DNA of 64,000 bases from positions 890 to 64,889 of the forward strand of contig JAVVOY010000006.1 of assembly GCA_036656055.1 (NCBI GenBank), in the 5' to 3' direction. Below the pieces are notes generated by a model that was not told where the DNA came from, did not search any database, and saw nothing but the letters and a program-made list of their open reading frames with translations. This document shows, one piece after another, positions 44,052-54,915 of the stretch. A program made the translations under genes and the position numbers. Source of the DNA: Bacteroidales bacterium. GTDB taxonomy: Bacteria > Bacteroidota > Bacteroidia > Bacteroidales > G3-4614. How positions within the stretch are numbered: the first letter of the stretch is position 1; the number at the start of each line of letters is the position of its first letter.

Positions 44052-45977
44052 ATGAAAAAGAGTCTCGTTTTAATATTATTGCTACTTAGTACCATATCAT
44101 CCTTTGCACAGATACTGGATCCTGTAAAGTGGACATTTTCACAAAAACGTATTTCAGATACAGAGGTAGAGTTACAATATAATGCCAAGATTGAAACCGG
44201 ATGGCATCTGTATGCAACAGAGTTGCCTGACGGTGGACCTATTCCAACAACAATAACATATTCAGAACTTCATGGCGTTGAACTTACCGATGGTTTAAAT
44301 GCAAACAAAGAAGCCGTAGATAAATACGAGCCACTGTTTGAACTCCATCTTAAGTGGTATAATGACAATGTAATTCTTATCCAGAAAGTTAAGATAGTAT
44401 CTCCGGATTATAAAATAAAAGGGGAGATAAGGTATATGGGGTGCAATGATAACACGTGTCTTCCTCCTACGATAAAATCATTTGAATTTTCGGGATTAAC
44501 TACCGATGCCACGGCATTAGCAGGTGGCAGTGACATTAGCCATAGTGATAAAATGCAAGCATCGGCTTCAAATGCTTGGAATCCGGTTATAAAGGAGATA
44601 AAGGAGCTTGGAGCATCAGTTTCGTCAGGCGATGAGTCTTTATGGTTTATATTTATTGCCGGGTTTATCGGTGGTTTACTTGCTCTGATGACACCCTGCG
44701 TGTGGCCTATGATACCTCTTACGGTAAGTTTTTTTATAAAACAGAGTGGCAGCAGGCGCAAATCGGTATACAAAGCCCTATTGTTCGGGTTAGCCATAAT
44801 AATAATATATCTCGCCTTAGGATTAGTTATAACTACAATATTTGGGGCAAGTGCCCTTAACGACCTATCCACTAACGCATTTTTCAATATTTTCTTTTTT
44901 CTGTTATTAGTATTATTTGCAGCATCGTTTTTAGGGGCTTTTAATCTCGAACTCCCCTCTTCGTGGACGACAAAACTTGATGCTAAGGCAGATGCTACAA
45001 CCGGTTTCCTGAGTATTATGCTTATGGCTTTCACCCTTGCCCTTGTCTCCTTTTCATGTACAGGACCAATTATAGGAACCCTGCTTGTTGAAGCAGCATC
45101 GGTTGGCGTTACCATAGGTCCTGCCGTTGGTATGTTTGCATTTGCATTAGCGCTGGCAATACCATTTGCCCTTTTTGCCATATTTCCCTCGGCAATAAAG
45201 TCGCTTCCTAAATCGGGAGGGTGGCTCAATTCCATTAAAGTTATATTAGCATTTCTTGAGTTGGCATTCGCTCTTAAATTCCTCTCCGTAGCAGATCTTG
45301 CATACGGATGGGGCATATTGCCACGCGAAACATTTGTTGCGCTATGGGTAATAATATTCTTTCTTATGGGACTTTATCTTATGGGCGCAATACGTTTCAA
45401 AAACGATTCTAAACCAGAATATCTCTCTGTTTTACGTCTTTTCCTTGCCATAATACCGATGACGTTTGCCATATATATGATTCCCGGCTTGTGGGGTGCA
45501 CCGTTAAAGGCAATATCAGCATTTGCCCCCCCCGCTAACACGCAGGATTTTAATCTTTACCGAGGAGAAACACATGCTGTATTTAACGATTATGACGAAG
45601 CTATGACGTATGCCAGAAAGCATAATAAACCCCTGTTCATAGATTTCTCAGGTTATGGGTGTGTGAATTGTCGTAAAATGGAGGCATCAGTATTTACCGC
45701 GCCGGAAGTTAAGGAGATATTAGATAACGATTATGTGTTCGTGACACTTATGGTTGATGACAAGAGATTGTTGCCTGAACCTATGGAGGTAACCGAATAT
45801 GGGAAACAGCGTACATTAACGACGGTAGGAGATAAGTGGAGTTTTCTGCAACGATATAAGTTTGGAGCCAATGCGCAACCGTATTATGTATTGCTGTCGC
45901 CTGATGGAAAACCGCTAGCCGCACCTTACGGTTATAATGAAAATGTGAAAAGCTTTGTTGATTTCTTAGAACGATGA
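44052..45977 (+). CDS. Thiol:disulfide interchange protein DsbD family (protein-disulfide reductase)
   Basis: 641 aa. Signal peptide, an N-terminal periplasmic domain with MGCNDNTCLPP, a central CcdA/DsbD TM core (TPCVWPMIPL..., SFSCTGPIIG) and a C-terminal thioredoxin domain with GYGCVNCRKME (CxxC). Confidence 0.9.
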   Translation: MKKSLVLILLLLSTISSFAQILDPVKWTFSQKRISDTEVELQYNAKIETGWHLYATELPDGGPIPTTITYSELHGVELTDGLNANKEAVDKYEPLFELHLKWYNDNVILIQKVKIVSPDYKIKGEIRYMGCNDNTCLPPTIKSFEFSGLTTDATALAGGSDISHSDKMQASASNAWNPVIKEIKELGASVSSGDESLWFIFIAGFIGGLLALMTPCVWPMIPLTVSFFIKQSGSRRKSVYKALLFGLAIIIIYLALGLVITTIFGASALNDLSTNAFFNIFFFLLLVLFAASFLGAFNLELPSSWTTKLDAKADATTGFLSIMLMAFTLALVSFSCTGPIIGTLLVEAASVGVTIGPAVGMFAFALALAIPFALFAIFPSAIKSLPKSGGWLNSIKVILAFLELAFALKFLSVADLAYGWGILPRETFVALWVIIFFLMGLYLMGAIRFKNDSKPEYLSVLRLFLAIIPMTFAIYMIPGLWGAPLKAISAFAPPANTQDFNLYRGETHAVFNDYDEAMTYARKHNKPLFIDFSGYGCVNCRKMEASVFTAPEVKEILDNDYVFVTLMVDDKRLLPEPMEVTEYGKQRTLTTVGDKWSFLQRYKFGANAQPYYVLLSPDGKPLAAPYGYNENVKSFVDFLER

Positions 45978-46102
45978 CTTAACTGCTAATTAATGTAAAA
46001 TTAGAGGCTCTAAAATTTTAATTCTCATATTTACGTGATATATTTTCAATAAATTGAAAAGTATATTGTCGTATTAGATCAGCTATTAGCTTTGTACTAA
46101 TA

Positions 46103-46516
46103 TTAAATCCATCCGAAATGACACCCTAACTTATAACCCCATACGGCAGCTTCAGCAGTCAGAAATATTATAAGAAACAGAGGCTTTTTTATTATACAGT
46201 TTACTTTTTTGTATGTGCCGTACATCCATTCCTTCCCGAATATCAGATACGAAACTGCACATGCCGGAATAAACAGCATAATGAGAGCAAGGAGATAGGA
46301 GTTGGGGTTATATTTGAGTGCAGCATACAAATCGCCTGAGAGCAGAGCAATCACTCCGTGTGTTGAACCGCAAGTAGGACATGGTATCCCGTAAATATTT
46401 TTGACAAGACAAACCGTTCTATCGTCTAATGTGTAATTAATAGATATAGCTATCCACAGATAACCTAAAACACACACCAATATCAGATAGAGTGAAGTTT
46501 TACTCTTTGTCATCAA
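46103..46516 (-). CDS. DUF2752 domain membrane protein
   Basis: 137 aa. TM helix, then CLVKNIYGIPCPTCGSTHG (the CPxCG zinc-ribbon-like signature of DUF2752), then further TM helices. Confidence 0.75.
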   Translation of the reverse strand: MMTKSKTSLYLILVCVLGYLWIAISINYTLDDRTVCLVKNIYGIPCPTCGSTHGVIALLSGDLYAALKYNPNSYLLALIMLFIPACAVSYLIFGKEWMYGTYKKVNCIIKKPLFLIIFLTAEAAVWGYKLGCHFGWI

Positions 46517-46524
46517 TTACATTT

Positions 46525-46860
46525 TTACATTGAAAATGTAATTTTTTCAATATTCTTTCTTTTTGTAGCGTTCATTATAAGAAACCAGTCTATTATAGCC
46601 CATATTCCAACTCCACCACATGTAAGTAATTTGGCTATACCTATTCCGTTATCTCCTATATAAAAACGATCTATCCCGAGCGATCCTACAAGAAGAGATA
46701 ATATAAGTGCAACAGTAGGGTCTTTAAACTGTATTATTGAAAGTACTAACTCTTTTGCCTGATCCGTTGCAATAAGTTTATCTCTTAATGCTGCAAGACT
46801 TTCCTCCGGGAACTTATTCCCATTACTAATCAAATAACAATCAACTTTTTGAGTATCCAT
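46525..46860 (-). CDS. TM2 domain-containing protein
   Basis: 111 aa. ALILSLLVGSLGIDRFYIGDNGIGIAKLLTCGGVGIWAIIDWFLI is a canonical TM2 domain (GxxGxDRFYxG...WxxxD). Confidence 0.85.
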   Translation of the reverse strand: MDTQKVDCYLISNGNKFPEESLAALRDKLIATDQAKELVLSIIQFKDPTVALILSLLVGSLGIDRFYIGDNGIGIAKLLTCGGVGIWAIIDWFLIMNATKRKNIEKITFSM

Positions 46861-47113
46861 AGTGTTTTGTTTTTTGGTTGTTTCGGAGGCTTAATATGCA
46901 CCCGAAGTCCAGATTAAATTGTAGTTTAGACAAAAGTATATATTTATATTATAAAAACAAAAATATCTCTTTATATTATGTAAAGTACAGGAGGTGAATA
47001 AAAAGGTGAAAATCCGTTTTCTGTTATATTGTGTTCAAGCGATATCGGTATCATGAATTTATTTACATATATACAATCAAATAAGGAGATTTTTTGCGAA
47101 ATTTGCACCTGTT

Positions 47114-48019
47114 ATGATGCGCCATATAAAAACATTCATGTTGCCTGCGGCAATGTTATTGGGAATACTGTTCTACAAGGAGATAGAGTATGTCGTTTTT
47201 TTATCTCCATACCTTATATTCCTGATGTTGTTTGTAACATATTGCCGCCTCTCCATACGAGATCTTAAAATAACACGACTACATCTGTGGATGCTCATTA
47301 TACAAGTTGGCGGGGCTCTAGCTGTGTATTCTGCAATATTACCTTTTAATAGAATAATTGCAGAAGGGGCGTTCATCTGCATTTTCTGCCCTACGGCAAC
47401 ATCGGCACCGGTTATAACATCAATGCTAGGAGGAAGCATAGCATCTGTTATCTCTTACAGCATACTCAGTAACCTTGCGGTGGCAGTATTATCACCCTTT
47501 GTCTTCTCGTTTGTGGGAGGGCATACGACACTCCCTTTTGCCGAGTCGTTCTTGATAGTTGCGCGACAGATGCTTCCTCTTATCGTAGCCCCTTTGATAT
47601 TGGCTATTTTACTTAAGAAAGCATTTCCTGCTGTTCATAAATTCATGTATGAAGCACAATCAATATCATTCTATCTTTGGGCTATTGCCCTTATTCTGGT
47701 ACTTGGTAAGGCCATGGGATTTATTGTAAGTAACGGCTCAGAAAAAGTGGATGCGGAGGGAGTCTTATCAATCTTTGCTCTTATTGTCTGTGGCTTGCAG
47801 TTCTATTTAGGAAAGAGGCTCGGCTCGCATTATGGAGATCGCATTGCCGGAGGTCAGGGCTTGGGGCAAAAGAACACCGTTCTTTGTATCTGGATGGCAT
47901 TTACGTATCTGTCGCCGATGTCGTCAGTTGCCCCCGCCTCATACATAATATGGCAAAATATTATAAATTCATATCAGTTAATACGAGCAAATAGCACTTC
48001 AACCAAATGTAATAAGTGA
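47114..48019 (+). CDS. Polytopic transporter, bile acid:sodium symporter (BASS/SBF)-like
   Basis: 301 aa with about 9-10 TM helices. FCPTATSAPVITSMLGG resembles the BASS/Acr3-type signature. The assignment is tentative. Confidence 0.5.
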   Translation: MMRHIKTFMLPAAMLLGILFYKEIEYVVFLSPYLIFLMLFVTYCRLSIRDLKITRLHLWMLIIQVGGALAVYSAILPFNRIIAEGAFICIFCPTATSAPVITSMLGGSIASVISYSILSNLAVAVLSPFVFSFVGGHTTLPFAESFLIVARQMLPLIVAPLILAILLKKAFPAVHKFMYEAQSISFYLWAIALILVLGKAMGFIVSNGSEKVDAEGVLSIFALIVCGLQFYLGKRLGSHYGDRIAGGQGLGQKNTVLCIWMAFTYLSPMSSVAPASYIIWQNIINSYQLIRANSTSTKCNK

Positions 48020-48096
48020 TTTGTAAATTATATTTTCGGTTATATCTCAGTTTTTTATTCTATCTTTATTCGCTAAATTATTAATGGATTTACATT

Positions 48097-49227
48097 ATGG
48101 CAGTAAAAGGCAGTATTGTGTGGATTGATCTCCTGCGTATTCTGGCGTGTTTCCTTGTGGTTCTTGCTCACTGTTGTGACCCTTTTGTAGGTGCTTTTGA
48201 CAGTGATCGTTCATCATTTTTATGGGGAGTATTTACCGGAAGTTTTGTCCGTTGTAGCGTCCCTCTTTTTGTTATGATGAGTGGAGTTCTTATAATGCCG
48301 ACAACTTTAGGTATGAGTGAATTCTATAAGAAACGTTTAGGTCGTATTGTACTTCCACTTGTGTTCTGGTCGATAATACTACCGTTACTATTTGCTCTTT
48401 ATCTAAATATTGTAGGTTATTCGTCCAGCCCACTTATAGGTGAGGATAATTTCAATATTGGAACAACGATACGTAAAATTTATACGTTTATTTTCAGTTT
48501 TAATTACGACACTACACCCCTGTGGTACATATATATGCTTTTAGGGTTATATTTGGTAATTCCGATAATAAATCCATGGCTTAAGCAGGCTTCAAAAAGA
48601 GAGATTCAGTTATTCCTCGGCATTTGGCTTTTTACACTCTTTATTCCGTACATAAAGATGGCAGCTCCATTTTTGGGTTACATAGGCAATTTTGGTAATA
48701 TGGAAATTTTCGGCGTATGTGATTGGAATAGTTATGGTACTTTTTATTATGTTTCAGGTTTTATCGGATATTTGGTACTTGCTTACTACCTCGTAAAATA
48801 TCCTTTAGAGTGGAGTCTTAAGAAAACGTTAGCTTATGCTATTCCCGTATTTATGATAGGTTATTTTATTACATTTTTCGGATTTGTTAATATACAAAAG
48901 TATTTTCCCGGAAATTATGCTTACCTCGAAATATGTTGGTACTTTACAGGAATAAATGTTTTTATGATGACTTTGCCTGTCTTTGTGTTAATGCAAAAGA
49001 TAAACTTTACCCCAAAAGTCTGGCTTCGGAAACTTGCTTCGTTGACATTCGGAATATATCTATGCCATTTCGTTTTTGTGCAGATATCCTACGATATATT
49101 AGATAATATATCCTATTTGCCGGTAATGGTTAGGATTATAGGCATGGCTGTGCTGGCGTTTGCCGTAAGCGGTGCACTTGTTTGGATTATGAAACGGTGG
49201 CGCGTATCTAAGATATTTGTTGATTAG
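48097..49227 (+). CDS. Acyltransferase family 3 membrane protein (O-acyltransferase)
   Basis: 376 aa with about 10 TM helices. The N-terminal WIDLLRILACFLVVLAHC is typical of Acyl_transf_3. Confidence 0.8.
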   Translation: MAVKGSIVWIDLLRILACFLVVLAHCCDPFVGAFDSDRSSFLWGVFTGSFVRCSVPLFVMMSGVLIMPTTLGMSEFYKKRLGRIVLPLVFWSIILPLLFALYLNIVGYSSSPLIGEDNFNIGTTIRKIYTFIFSFNYDTTPLWYIYMLLGLYLVIPIINPWLKQASKREIQLFLGIWLFTLFIPYIKMAAPFLGYIGNFGNMEIFGVCDWNSYGTFYYVSGFIGYLVLAYYLVKYPLEWSLKKTLAYAIPVFMIGYFITFFGFVNIQKYFPGNYAYLEICWYFTGINVFMMTLPVFVLMQKINFTPKVWLRKLASLTFGIYLCHFVFVQISYDILDNISYLPVMVRIIGMAVLAFAVSGALVWIMKRWRVSKIFVD

Positions 49228-49263
49228 GGACTTTTGTAAAAGGTATCTTACGGATTACTTGAT

Positions 49264-49301
49264 AAAAACCAGAGAGTCGGAATCTCACGATTCCAACTCT
49301 C
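49264..49301 (-). terminator. Rho-independent terminator downstream of tRNA-Ala
   Basis: 13-bp stem (49272-49284 / 49289-49301) with one mismatch and loop tcac. On the minus strand TGGTTTTTAT follows. Confidence 0.6.
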
Positions 49302-49322
49302 AAAAGTCATGAAAAACACATT

Positions 49323-49370
49323 ATAAATTCCATTATCCGGTTTAATTTGGCTAATGGAATTTATATTTTA
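49323..49370 (+). terminator. Hairpin terminator candidate for the acyltransferase gene
   Basis: ataaattccatta (49323-49335) pairs perfectly over 13 bp with taatggaatttat (49352-49364). ATTTTAT follows. Confidence 0.5.
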
Positions 49371-49403
49371 TGCATTTAAACTGTTAATAAAGCCATGATG
49401 AAG

Positions 49404-49477
49404 TGGAGTATAGCGGACTCGAACCGCTCACCTCGACACTGCCAGTGTCGCGCTCTAGCCAGATGAGCTAATACCCC
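49404..49477 (-). tRNA. tRNA-Ala (anticodon GGC)
   Basis: The reverse complement ggggtattagctcatctggctagagcgcgacactGGCagtgtcgaggtgagcggttcgagtccgctatactcca folds as a cloverleaf. The G3:U70 alanine identity pair is present. 74 nt. Confidence 0.88.
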
Positions 49478-49511
49478 TGGTTTTATAGTCAGATTGGCTT
49501 TTAACCGGTCG

Positions 49512-49519
49512 CAAAGATA
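49512..49519 (-). promoter_or_regulatory. -7 box TATCTTTG (minus strand) upstream of tRNA-Ala
   Basis: Plus-strand caaagata is TATCTTTG on the minus strand, 34 nt upstream of the tRNA 5' end. Confidence 0.45.
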
Positions 49520-49560
49520 GCAGTTTTTTCTTAAAAGTAGGAATTCATGGCTATTTTTTT

Positions 49561-49568
49561 TACTTTTG
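49561..49568 (+). promoter_or_regulatory. -7 box TACTTTTG for ruvC-metH
   Basis: tacttttg matches TAnnTTTG, 134 nt upstream of the ruvC ATG. Confidence 0.35.
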
Positions 49569-49702
49569 CATTCTAATAAGAGCCGGTTTAAATTTTATCT
49601 ACCTAAAAATAGGCTAAAAGCTATTCATCTTATAGTTGCAAACTGTCTATATTAGAGCTATTATAATATTTAAACTGATCAAAAAAGGCTTTTGCTACAC
49701 AT

Positions 49703-50263
49703 ATGGCTGACAACATAAAAATAATTGGAATTGATCCCGGAACTAACGTAATGGGATACGGATTACTTGAGGCCGAAGGGAGCAAAGTTTCTCTAATAGT
49801 AATGGGGATACTTAAACTTAATCGTTTGGATAACCATTATGAACGTCTTAATCGTATTTACGAAAGAGTTTCAGGGTTGATAACGCAATATTCTCCGACC
49901 TGTATGGCCATAGAAGCCCCATTTTTCGGCAAGAACGTTCAGTCAATGCTTAAACTCGGGCGTGCACAGGGCGTAGCAATGGCAGCGGCAATACATCATG
50001 GAATACCTATTACAGAATATGCGCCACTTAAGATAAAACTATCGGTAACCGGTAGCGGAGGAGCCTCTAAAGAACAGGTGGCCGATATGCTTAAAAGGAT
50101 TTTACATATTTCAGATGCGGATATGAATCCTCAATTAGATGCAACAGATGCCGTTGGAGCTGCATTATGTCATTATTATCAAATGTCAAGTCCCGTTTCG
50201 GCAAAGAGTTCCGGAACATGGAAAGATTATTTAGCTAAGAATCCTGATAAAGTTGTTAAGTAA
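49703..50263 (+). CDS. ruvC: Crossover junction endodeoxyribonuclease RuvC
   Basis: 186 aa. [35 protein letters not shown] and [12 protein letters not shown] (catalytic acidic residues) are canonical RuvC motifs. Confidence 0.94.
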   Translation: MADNIKIIGIDPGTNVMGYGLLEAEGSKVSLIVMGILKLNRLDNHYERLNRIYERVSGLITQYSPTCMAIEAPFFGKNVQSMLKLGRAQGVAMAAAIHHGIPITEYAPLKIKLSVTGSGGASKEQVADMLKRILHISDADMNPQLDATDAVGAALCHYYQMSSPVSAKSSGTWKDYLAKNPDKVVK

Positions 50264-50264
50264 C

Positions 50265-53200
50265 ATGGATATAAGAGAGCTTTTAAAACAGCGCGTGTTA
50301 CTCCTTGACGGAGCAATGGGTACAATGATACAGCATTGCCATCTTAAGGAGGCAGATTTCCGTGGCGATAAATTTTCGGCTATCAAAGCAGATTTGAATG
50401 GTAATAATGATATTTTAGCAATAACGCGACCTGATATTATCCGTAAAATTCATTCAACCTATCTCGAAGCAGGGGCTGATATAATAGAAACCGATACATT
50501 CAATGCAACATCAGTATCTATGGCTGATTACGGCATGCAGCAATATGTCAGGGAGATTAACCAGACTGCCGCGCGATTAGCGGTAGAGGTTGCAAAGAGT
50601 TATTCAACGTCACAAAAGCCACGTTTTGTAGCAGGTAGCATTGGTCCTACAAATAAAAGTTGTTCAATATCGCCAGATCTTAATGACCCTTCTGTCCGTG
50701 CTGTTACCTATGACGAGCTTTTTGCCGCTTATCATGAACAAATATGCGCTCTAATAGAAGGCGGTGTAGATATACTCCTTATTGAAACGGTGTTTGACAC
50801 GCTTAATGCAAAATGCGCTCTTGATGCCGCTGCGGAGGCTTTCTTGTCAACAGGCAGAGTATTGCCTTTGATGCTCTCTCTTACAGTTGCCGACAAAGGA
50901 GGACGTACACTTTCGGGGCAGACTATCGAGGCGTTTCTTGTATCCGTATCACATGCCCCGTTGTTATCTGTTGGGATAAACTGTTCATTTGGAGCCGAAG
51001 ATATACTCCCCTTTTTGCGTCGTCTCTCGTCAATAGCACCTTATTATATCTCTGTCCATCCAAATGCCGGCCTTCCAAACCGTTTTGGAGAGTATGACGA
51101 AACGCCTGAAAAGATGTTGGCAGATATTAAACCATATATCGATGAAAAACTCGTTAACATAATAGGTGGCTGTTGCGGAACAACACCTGAACACATAAAA
51201 CTCTTGAGCAGACTGGTAGTCACCGCCGTTCCGCATATTCCGGTACAAGAAGATGATAATCTTAAGCTATCAGGATTAGAACCCCTTACTGTTAGCAGTG
51301 AAAATAACTTTATCAATATAGGAGAACGATGCAATGTAGCCGGTTCGCGCAAGTTTTTAAGGCTTATAAACGAAAAGAGTTATGAAGAGGCTTTACTGAT
51401 AGCCCGCCGACAGGTAGAAGACGGAGCACAAGTGATAGATGTAAACATGGATGATGCCATGTTAGATGCCCACAGTGAGATGACGACGTTCCTTAATCTT
51501 ATAGCATCAGAGCCTGAAATAAGCCGTGTCCCGATTATGATAGATTCTTCGAAATGGGACGTAATAGAAGCTGGGTTAAAATGCGTTCAGGGCAAATCAA
51601 TCGTAAACTCAATAAGCCTTAAAGAAGGAGAAGAGCAGTTCCTCCTTCATGCCACAAAAATAAAACGCCTTGGTGCAGCCGTAGTTGTTATGGCATTCGA
51701 TGAAAGAGGACAGGCAGATACCTTTGATCGTAAGATAGAGGTTTGTAGTCGCGCCTATACACTATTGACAAAAAAGATAGGGATATGCCCCGAAAATATA
51801 ATATTTGACCCCAACGTCCTTGCTGTTGCCACCGGTATGGACGAACACCGCACTTATGCACTTGATTTTATACGCGCAACGCGTTGGATAAAAGAGAACC
51901 TACCCTCAGCTAAAGTAAGTGGCGGAGTAAGCAACCTATCATTTTCATTCCGCGGAAACAACTATATACGCGAAGCAATGCACGCAGTTTTTCTTTACCA
52001 TGCCGTAAATGCCGGGATGGATATGGGTATTGTTAATCCAGCCACGGCGTTGATTTATACAGATATACCTGATGATGTGCTTGTTGCCGTAGAGGATGTA
52101 ATACTAAACCGTCGTGAAGATGCGACAGAACGTTTGATAGATATTGCCGCACATGCAAAAGGAGAAAGTACAGAGACATCTTTCCGGCAACAATTTCAAG
52201 ATACTACTAAAACTGTTGGAGATCGTCTCACCGAAGCTCTTATAAAAGGCGTATCAGATAACCTTTGTAAAGATATTGAAGAGGCTTTACAGGTCTATGG
52301 CAGTGCCGTAGCAGTTATAGAGAAGCCTCTTATGGATGGGATGAGCCACGTAGGCAAACTCTTTGGAGAAGGAAAAATGTTTCTGCCACAAGTTGTAAAG
52401 AGCGCACGTACAATGAAACGTGCCGTAGAGATATTGCAGCCATATATCGAGGCAGGAAAAAGAGTAGGGGACAAGAACTCTTCCGGCAAAATAATAATGG
52501 CGACGGTAAAAGGCGATGTACATGATATAGGCAAAAATATAGTATCAGTTGTCCTCTCATGTAATAATTACGAAGTAATTGATTTGGGAGTAATGGTACC
52601 GTCAGAAACTATAATAAACCGCGCAGTAGAGGAGGACGCCGATATAATAGGTGTCAGTGGGCTTATAACGCCATCGCTTGAGGAGATGTGCCGCATAGCC
52701 TCAGAGCTGGAACGGCGCGGGCTAAACATACCTCTACTTATTGGCGGTGCAACAACATCTGAAATTCATACGGCAGTAAAGATAGCTCCACTTTACAGCG
52801 GAGTTGTTGCCTATGTAAAAGATGCGGCACAAAATCCGGTTATCGTCTCACAACTGCTCAGCAGTGGATTAAAAGACAAATATATATCTGAGCTCAAATT
52901 ACGTCAGCAGAATATACGAGATAACCTTGTAAAACCAGATCTTATAACGCTGGCTGAGGCCGAAAAGAAATCCCCATTAGTAGATTGGTCAGCTTATCAT
53001 CCGGTAAAACCGCAGAAGATCGGAGTTCCTTATTATATAGAGTTCTCAATATCTGAACTTAAGGATTACATAAACTGGATATCGTTTTTCAATCTTTGGA
53101 AACTTGGCGGTAAATACGCATCGATAGCACATATAAAAGGATGCGATCATTGCAAAGCCTCATGGCTTACCTCATTTACAGTAGAAGAACGACCCAAAGC

Positions 53201-53930
53201 CACAGAAGCAATGCAGTTGCATAAAGATGCTATAAGGTTGATAGACGAATTAATAAAGGCAGAAGATTGCATAATAAATACCACGGTTGCATTTTACCCA
53301 GCCAACTCTTCAGGCAGAGATATTGTTATTACCTCCGCCTCAGAAAATGTTGTAATTCCAACACTCAGACAGCAACAGAAGAAGGAGAGGGCAGATGAAG
53401 CATATTACGCATTATCTGATTTTATTGCTCCTCAAGATGATTATATAGGGACCTTTGCCGTAACAGTAGGGCGTGGAATAACAGAGAGGATTGATAATGC
53501 TGTTAAAAATGGAGACAATTACAGATCGTTATTGCTTCAGTCGCTTTCCGATCGTCTTGCCGAGGCTGCAACAGCGCTTCTACACTACCAAGTACGAAGC
53601 GAACTATGGGGATATGTACCAAATGAAGATGCTGATGCAGCAAAGATATTAAGAGACGAAGTGATTGGAATACGTCCGGCAATAGGTTATCCTTCACTTC
53701 CTGATCAGTCGCTTATCTTCATTATGGAGAAACTGTTGAACTTTAAACACATAGGGATAACCATAACCGGTAATGGAGCAATGTCTCCCGCATCATCTAT
53801 AACAGGTTTTATTATAGCCAACCCGGCTGCGAAGTATTTTATAGTTAAGGTAGATGATGATCAGCGAAAAATGTATATTGCCCGCCGCAGATTTACCAAT
53901 GAAGAAAAAGACAAATGGTTAGCTGTATAA
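50265..53930 (+). CDS. metH: Cobalamin-dependent methionine synthase
   Basis: ATG 50265 ([20 protein letters not shown]) lies 1 nt after the ruvC stop; the track ORF starts 12 nt earlier. All modules are present: Hcy-binding ([10 protein letters not shown]), pterin-binding, B12-binding ([10 protein letters not shown]), and the AdoMet activation domain ([11 protein letters not shown]). Confidence 0.96.
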   Translation: MDIRELLKQRVLLLDGAMGTMIQHCHLKEADFRGDKFSAIKADLNGNNDILAITRPDIIRKIHSTYLEAGADIIETDTFNATSVSMADYGMQQYVREINQTAARLAVEVAKSYSTSQKPRFVAGSIGPTNKSCSISPDLNDPSVRAVTYDELFAAYHEQICALIEGGVDILLIETVFDTLNAKCALDAAAEAFLSTGRVLPLMLSLTVADKGGRTLSGQTIEAFLVSVSHAPLLSVGINCSFGAEDILPFLRRLSSIAPYYISVHPNAGLPNRFGEYDETPEKMLADIKPYIDEKLVNIIGGCCGTTPEHIKLLSRLVVTAVPHIPVQEDDNLKLSGLEPLTVSSENNFINIGERCNVAGSRKFLRLINEKSYEEALLIARRQVEDGAQVIDVNMDDAMLDAHSEMTTFLNLIASEPEISRVPIMIDSSKWDVIEAGLKCVQGKSIVNSISLKEGEEQFLLHATKIKRLGAAVVVMAFDERGQADTFDRKIEVCSRAYTLLTKKIGICPENIIFDPNVLAVATGMDEHRTYALDFIRATRWIKENLPSAKVSGGVSNLSFSFRGNNYIREAMHAVFLYHAVNAGMDMGIVNPATALIYTDIPDDVLVAVEDVILNRREDATERLIDIAAHAKGESTETSFRQQFQDTTKTVGDRLTEALIKGVSDNLCKDIEEALQVYGSAVAVIEKPLMDGMSHVGKLFGEGKMFLPQVVKSARTMKRAVEILQPYIEAGKRVGDKNSSGKIIMATVKGDVHDIGKNIVSVVLSCNNYEVIDLGVMVPSETIINRAVEEDADIIGVSGLITPSLEEMCRIASELERRGLNIPLLIGGATTSEIHTAVKIAPLYSGVVAYVKDAAQNPVIVSQLLSSGLKDKYISELKLRQQNIRDNLVKPDLITLAEAEKKSPLVDWSAYHPVKPQKIGVPYYIEFSISELKDYINWISFFNLWKLGGKYASIAHIKGCDHCKASWLTSFTVEERPKATEAMQLHKDAIRLIDELIKAEDCIINTTVAFYPANSSGRDIVITSASENVVIPTLRQQQKKERADEAYYALSDFIAPQDDYIGTFAVTVGRGITERIDNAVKNGDNYRSLLLQSLSDRLAEAATALLHYQVRSELWGYVPNEDADAAKILRDEVIGIRPAIGYPSLPDQSLIFIMEKLLNFKHIGITITGNGAMSPASSITGFIIANPAAKYFIVKVDDDQRKMYIARRRFTNEEKDKWLAV

Positions 53931-53973
53931 TAAAAAATATGACTAAATGTATAGTTAATTTGCGATAATGTAT

Positions 53974-53981
53974 TAATTTTG
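53974..53981 (+). promoter_or_regulatory. -7 box TAATTTTG for ddh
   Basis: taattttg matches TAnnTTTG, 27 nt upstream of the ATG at 54009. Confidence 0.45.
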
Positions 53982-54008
53982 CCACAGATTAAACAAAACA
54001 CTTGAAAA

Positions 54009-54905
54009 ATGGATAAAAAAAGAGTTGCCGTAGTTGGATACGGAAATATTGGAAAATATGTAGTTGAGGCCCTCGAAGCAGCTTCAGATTTTGAGATAGC
54101 AGGAGTTGTACGTCGCAACATAAAGGATATTCCCTATGAGATAAAGAGATATAAAATAGTAGAGGATATTACAGAACTTGACAGTGTTGATGTGGCGATC
54201 CTTGCAACGCCAACGCGAAAAGTAGAAGAATATGCTGAGAAGATACTCGCAATGGGTATAAACACAGTAGACAGTTTTGATATTCATACACAGATTGCCG
54301 GTTTGCGTTCACGTCTTGATATTATCGCTAAAAAGCATAATAGCGTCTCTATTATTGCTGCCGGATGGGATCCCGGAAGCGATTCTATTGTCCGTACCCT
54401 AATGGAGGCAGCAGCACCCAAGGGTATTACATATACCAATTTCGGTCCCGGCATGAGCATGGGACATACCGTTGCCGTAAAGAGCATAGATGGAGTTAAA
54501 GCAGCCCTCTCAATGACAATTCCGCTCGGAACCGGAATACATCGTCGGATGGTGTATATAGAAATTGCAGAAGGGTATAAATTTGAAGATGTTTCATCTA
54601 AAATAAAGTCAGATCCATATTTTGCTAATGACGAGACACACGTAGCTCAAGTGGATTCAGTCGAAAACCTTCTTGATATGGGACATGGTGTACAGATGAT
54701 ACGCAAAGGTGTTTCAGGCAAAACGCAAAACCAACTCTTTGAATTCAATATGAAGATAAATAACCCTGCTCTTACGGCACAAATATTGGTTAGTGTTGCG
54801 CGTGCATCGTTACGTCAGCGTCCCGGATGCTATACAATGCCGGAGGTACCTGTAATTGACCTGCTGTGCGGTGACCGTAACCAATGGATTTCACATTTAG
54901 TATAG
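54009..54905 (+). CDS. ddh: meso-diaminopimelate D-dehydrogenase
   Basis: 298 aa. VAVVGYGNIGK (NADP-binding) and AAGWDPGSDSIVRTL...FGPGMSMGHTVAVKSIDGVKAAL align by eye with Corynebacterium Ddh (STGWDPGMFSINR...WGPGLSQGHSDALRRIPGVQKAV). Confidence 0.9.
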   Translation: MDKKRVAVVGYGNIGKYVVEALEAASDFEIAGVVRRNIKDIPYEIKRYKIVEDITELDSVDVAILATPTRKVEEYAEKILAMGINTVDSFDIHTQIAGLRSRLDIIAKKHNSVSIIAAGWDPGSDSIVRTLMEAAAPKGITYTNFGPGMSMGHTVAVKSIDGVKAALSMTIPLGTGIHRRMVYIEIAEGYKFEDVSSKIKSDPYFANDETHVAQVDSVENLLDMGHGVQMIRKGVSGKTQNQLFEFNMKINNPALTAQILVSVARASLRQRPGCYTMPEVPVIDLLCGDRNQWISHLV

Positions 54906-54915
54906 AACACAAAAG

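Noticed and set aside
44408-45316. 302-aa ORF antisense to the dsbD-like gene
   Set aside because: It lies entirely inside a well-supported membrane-protein CDS. Its translation is low-complexity (Ala/Asn/Arg-rich) with no motif. It is the expected mirror of Ala/Leu/Gly-rich TM codons and has no promoter box.
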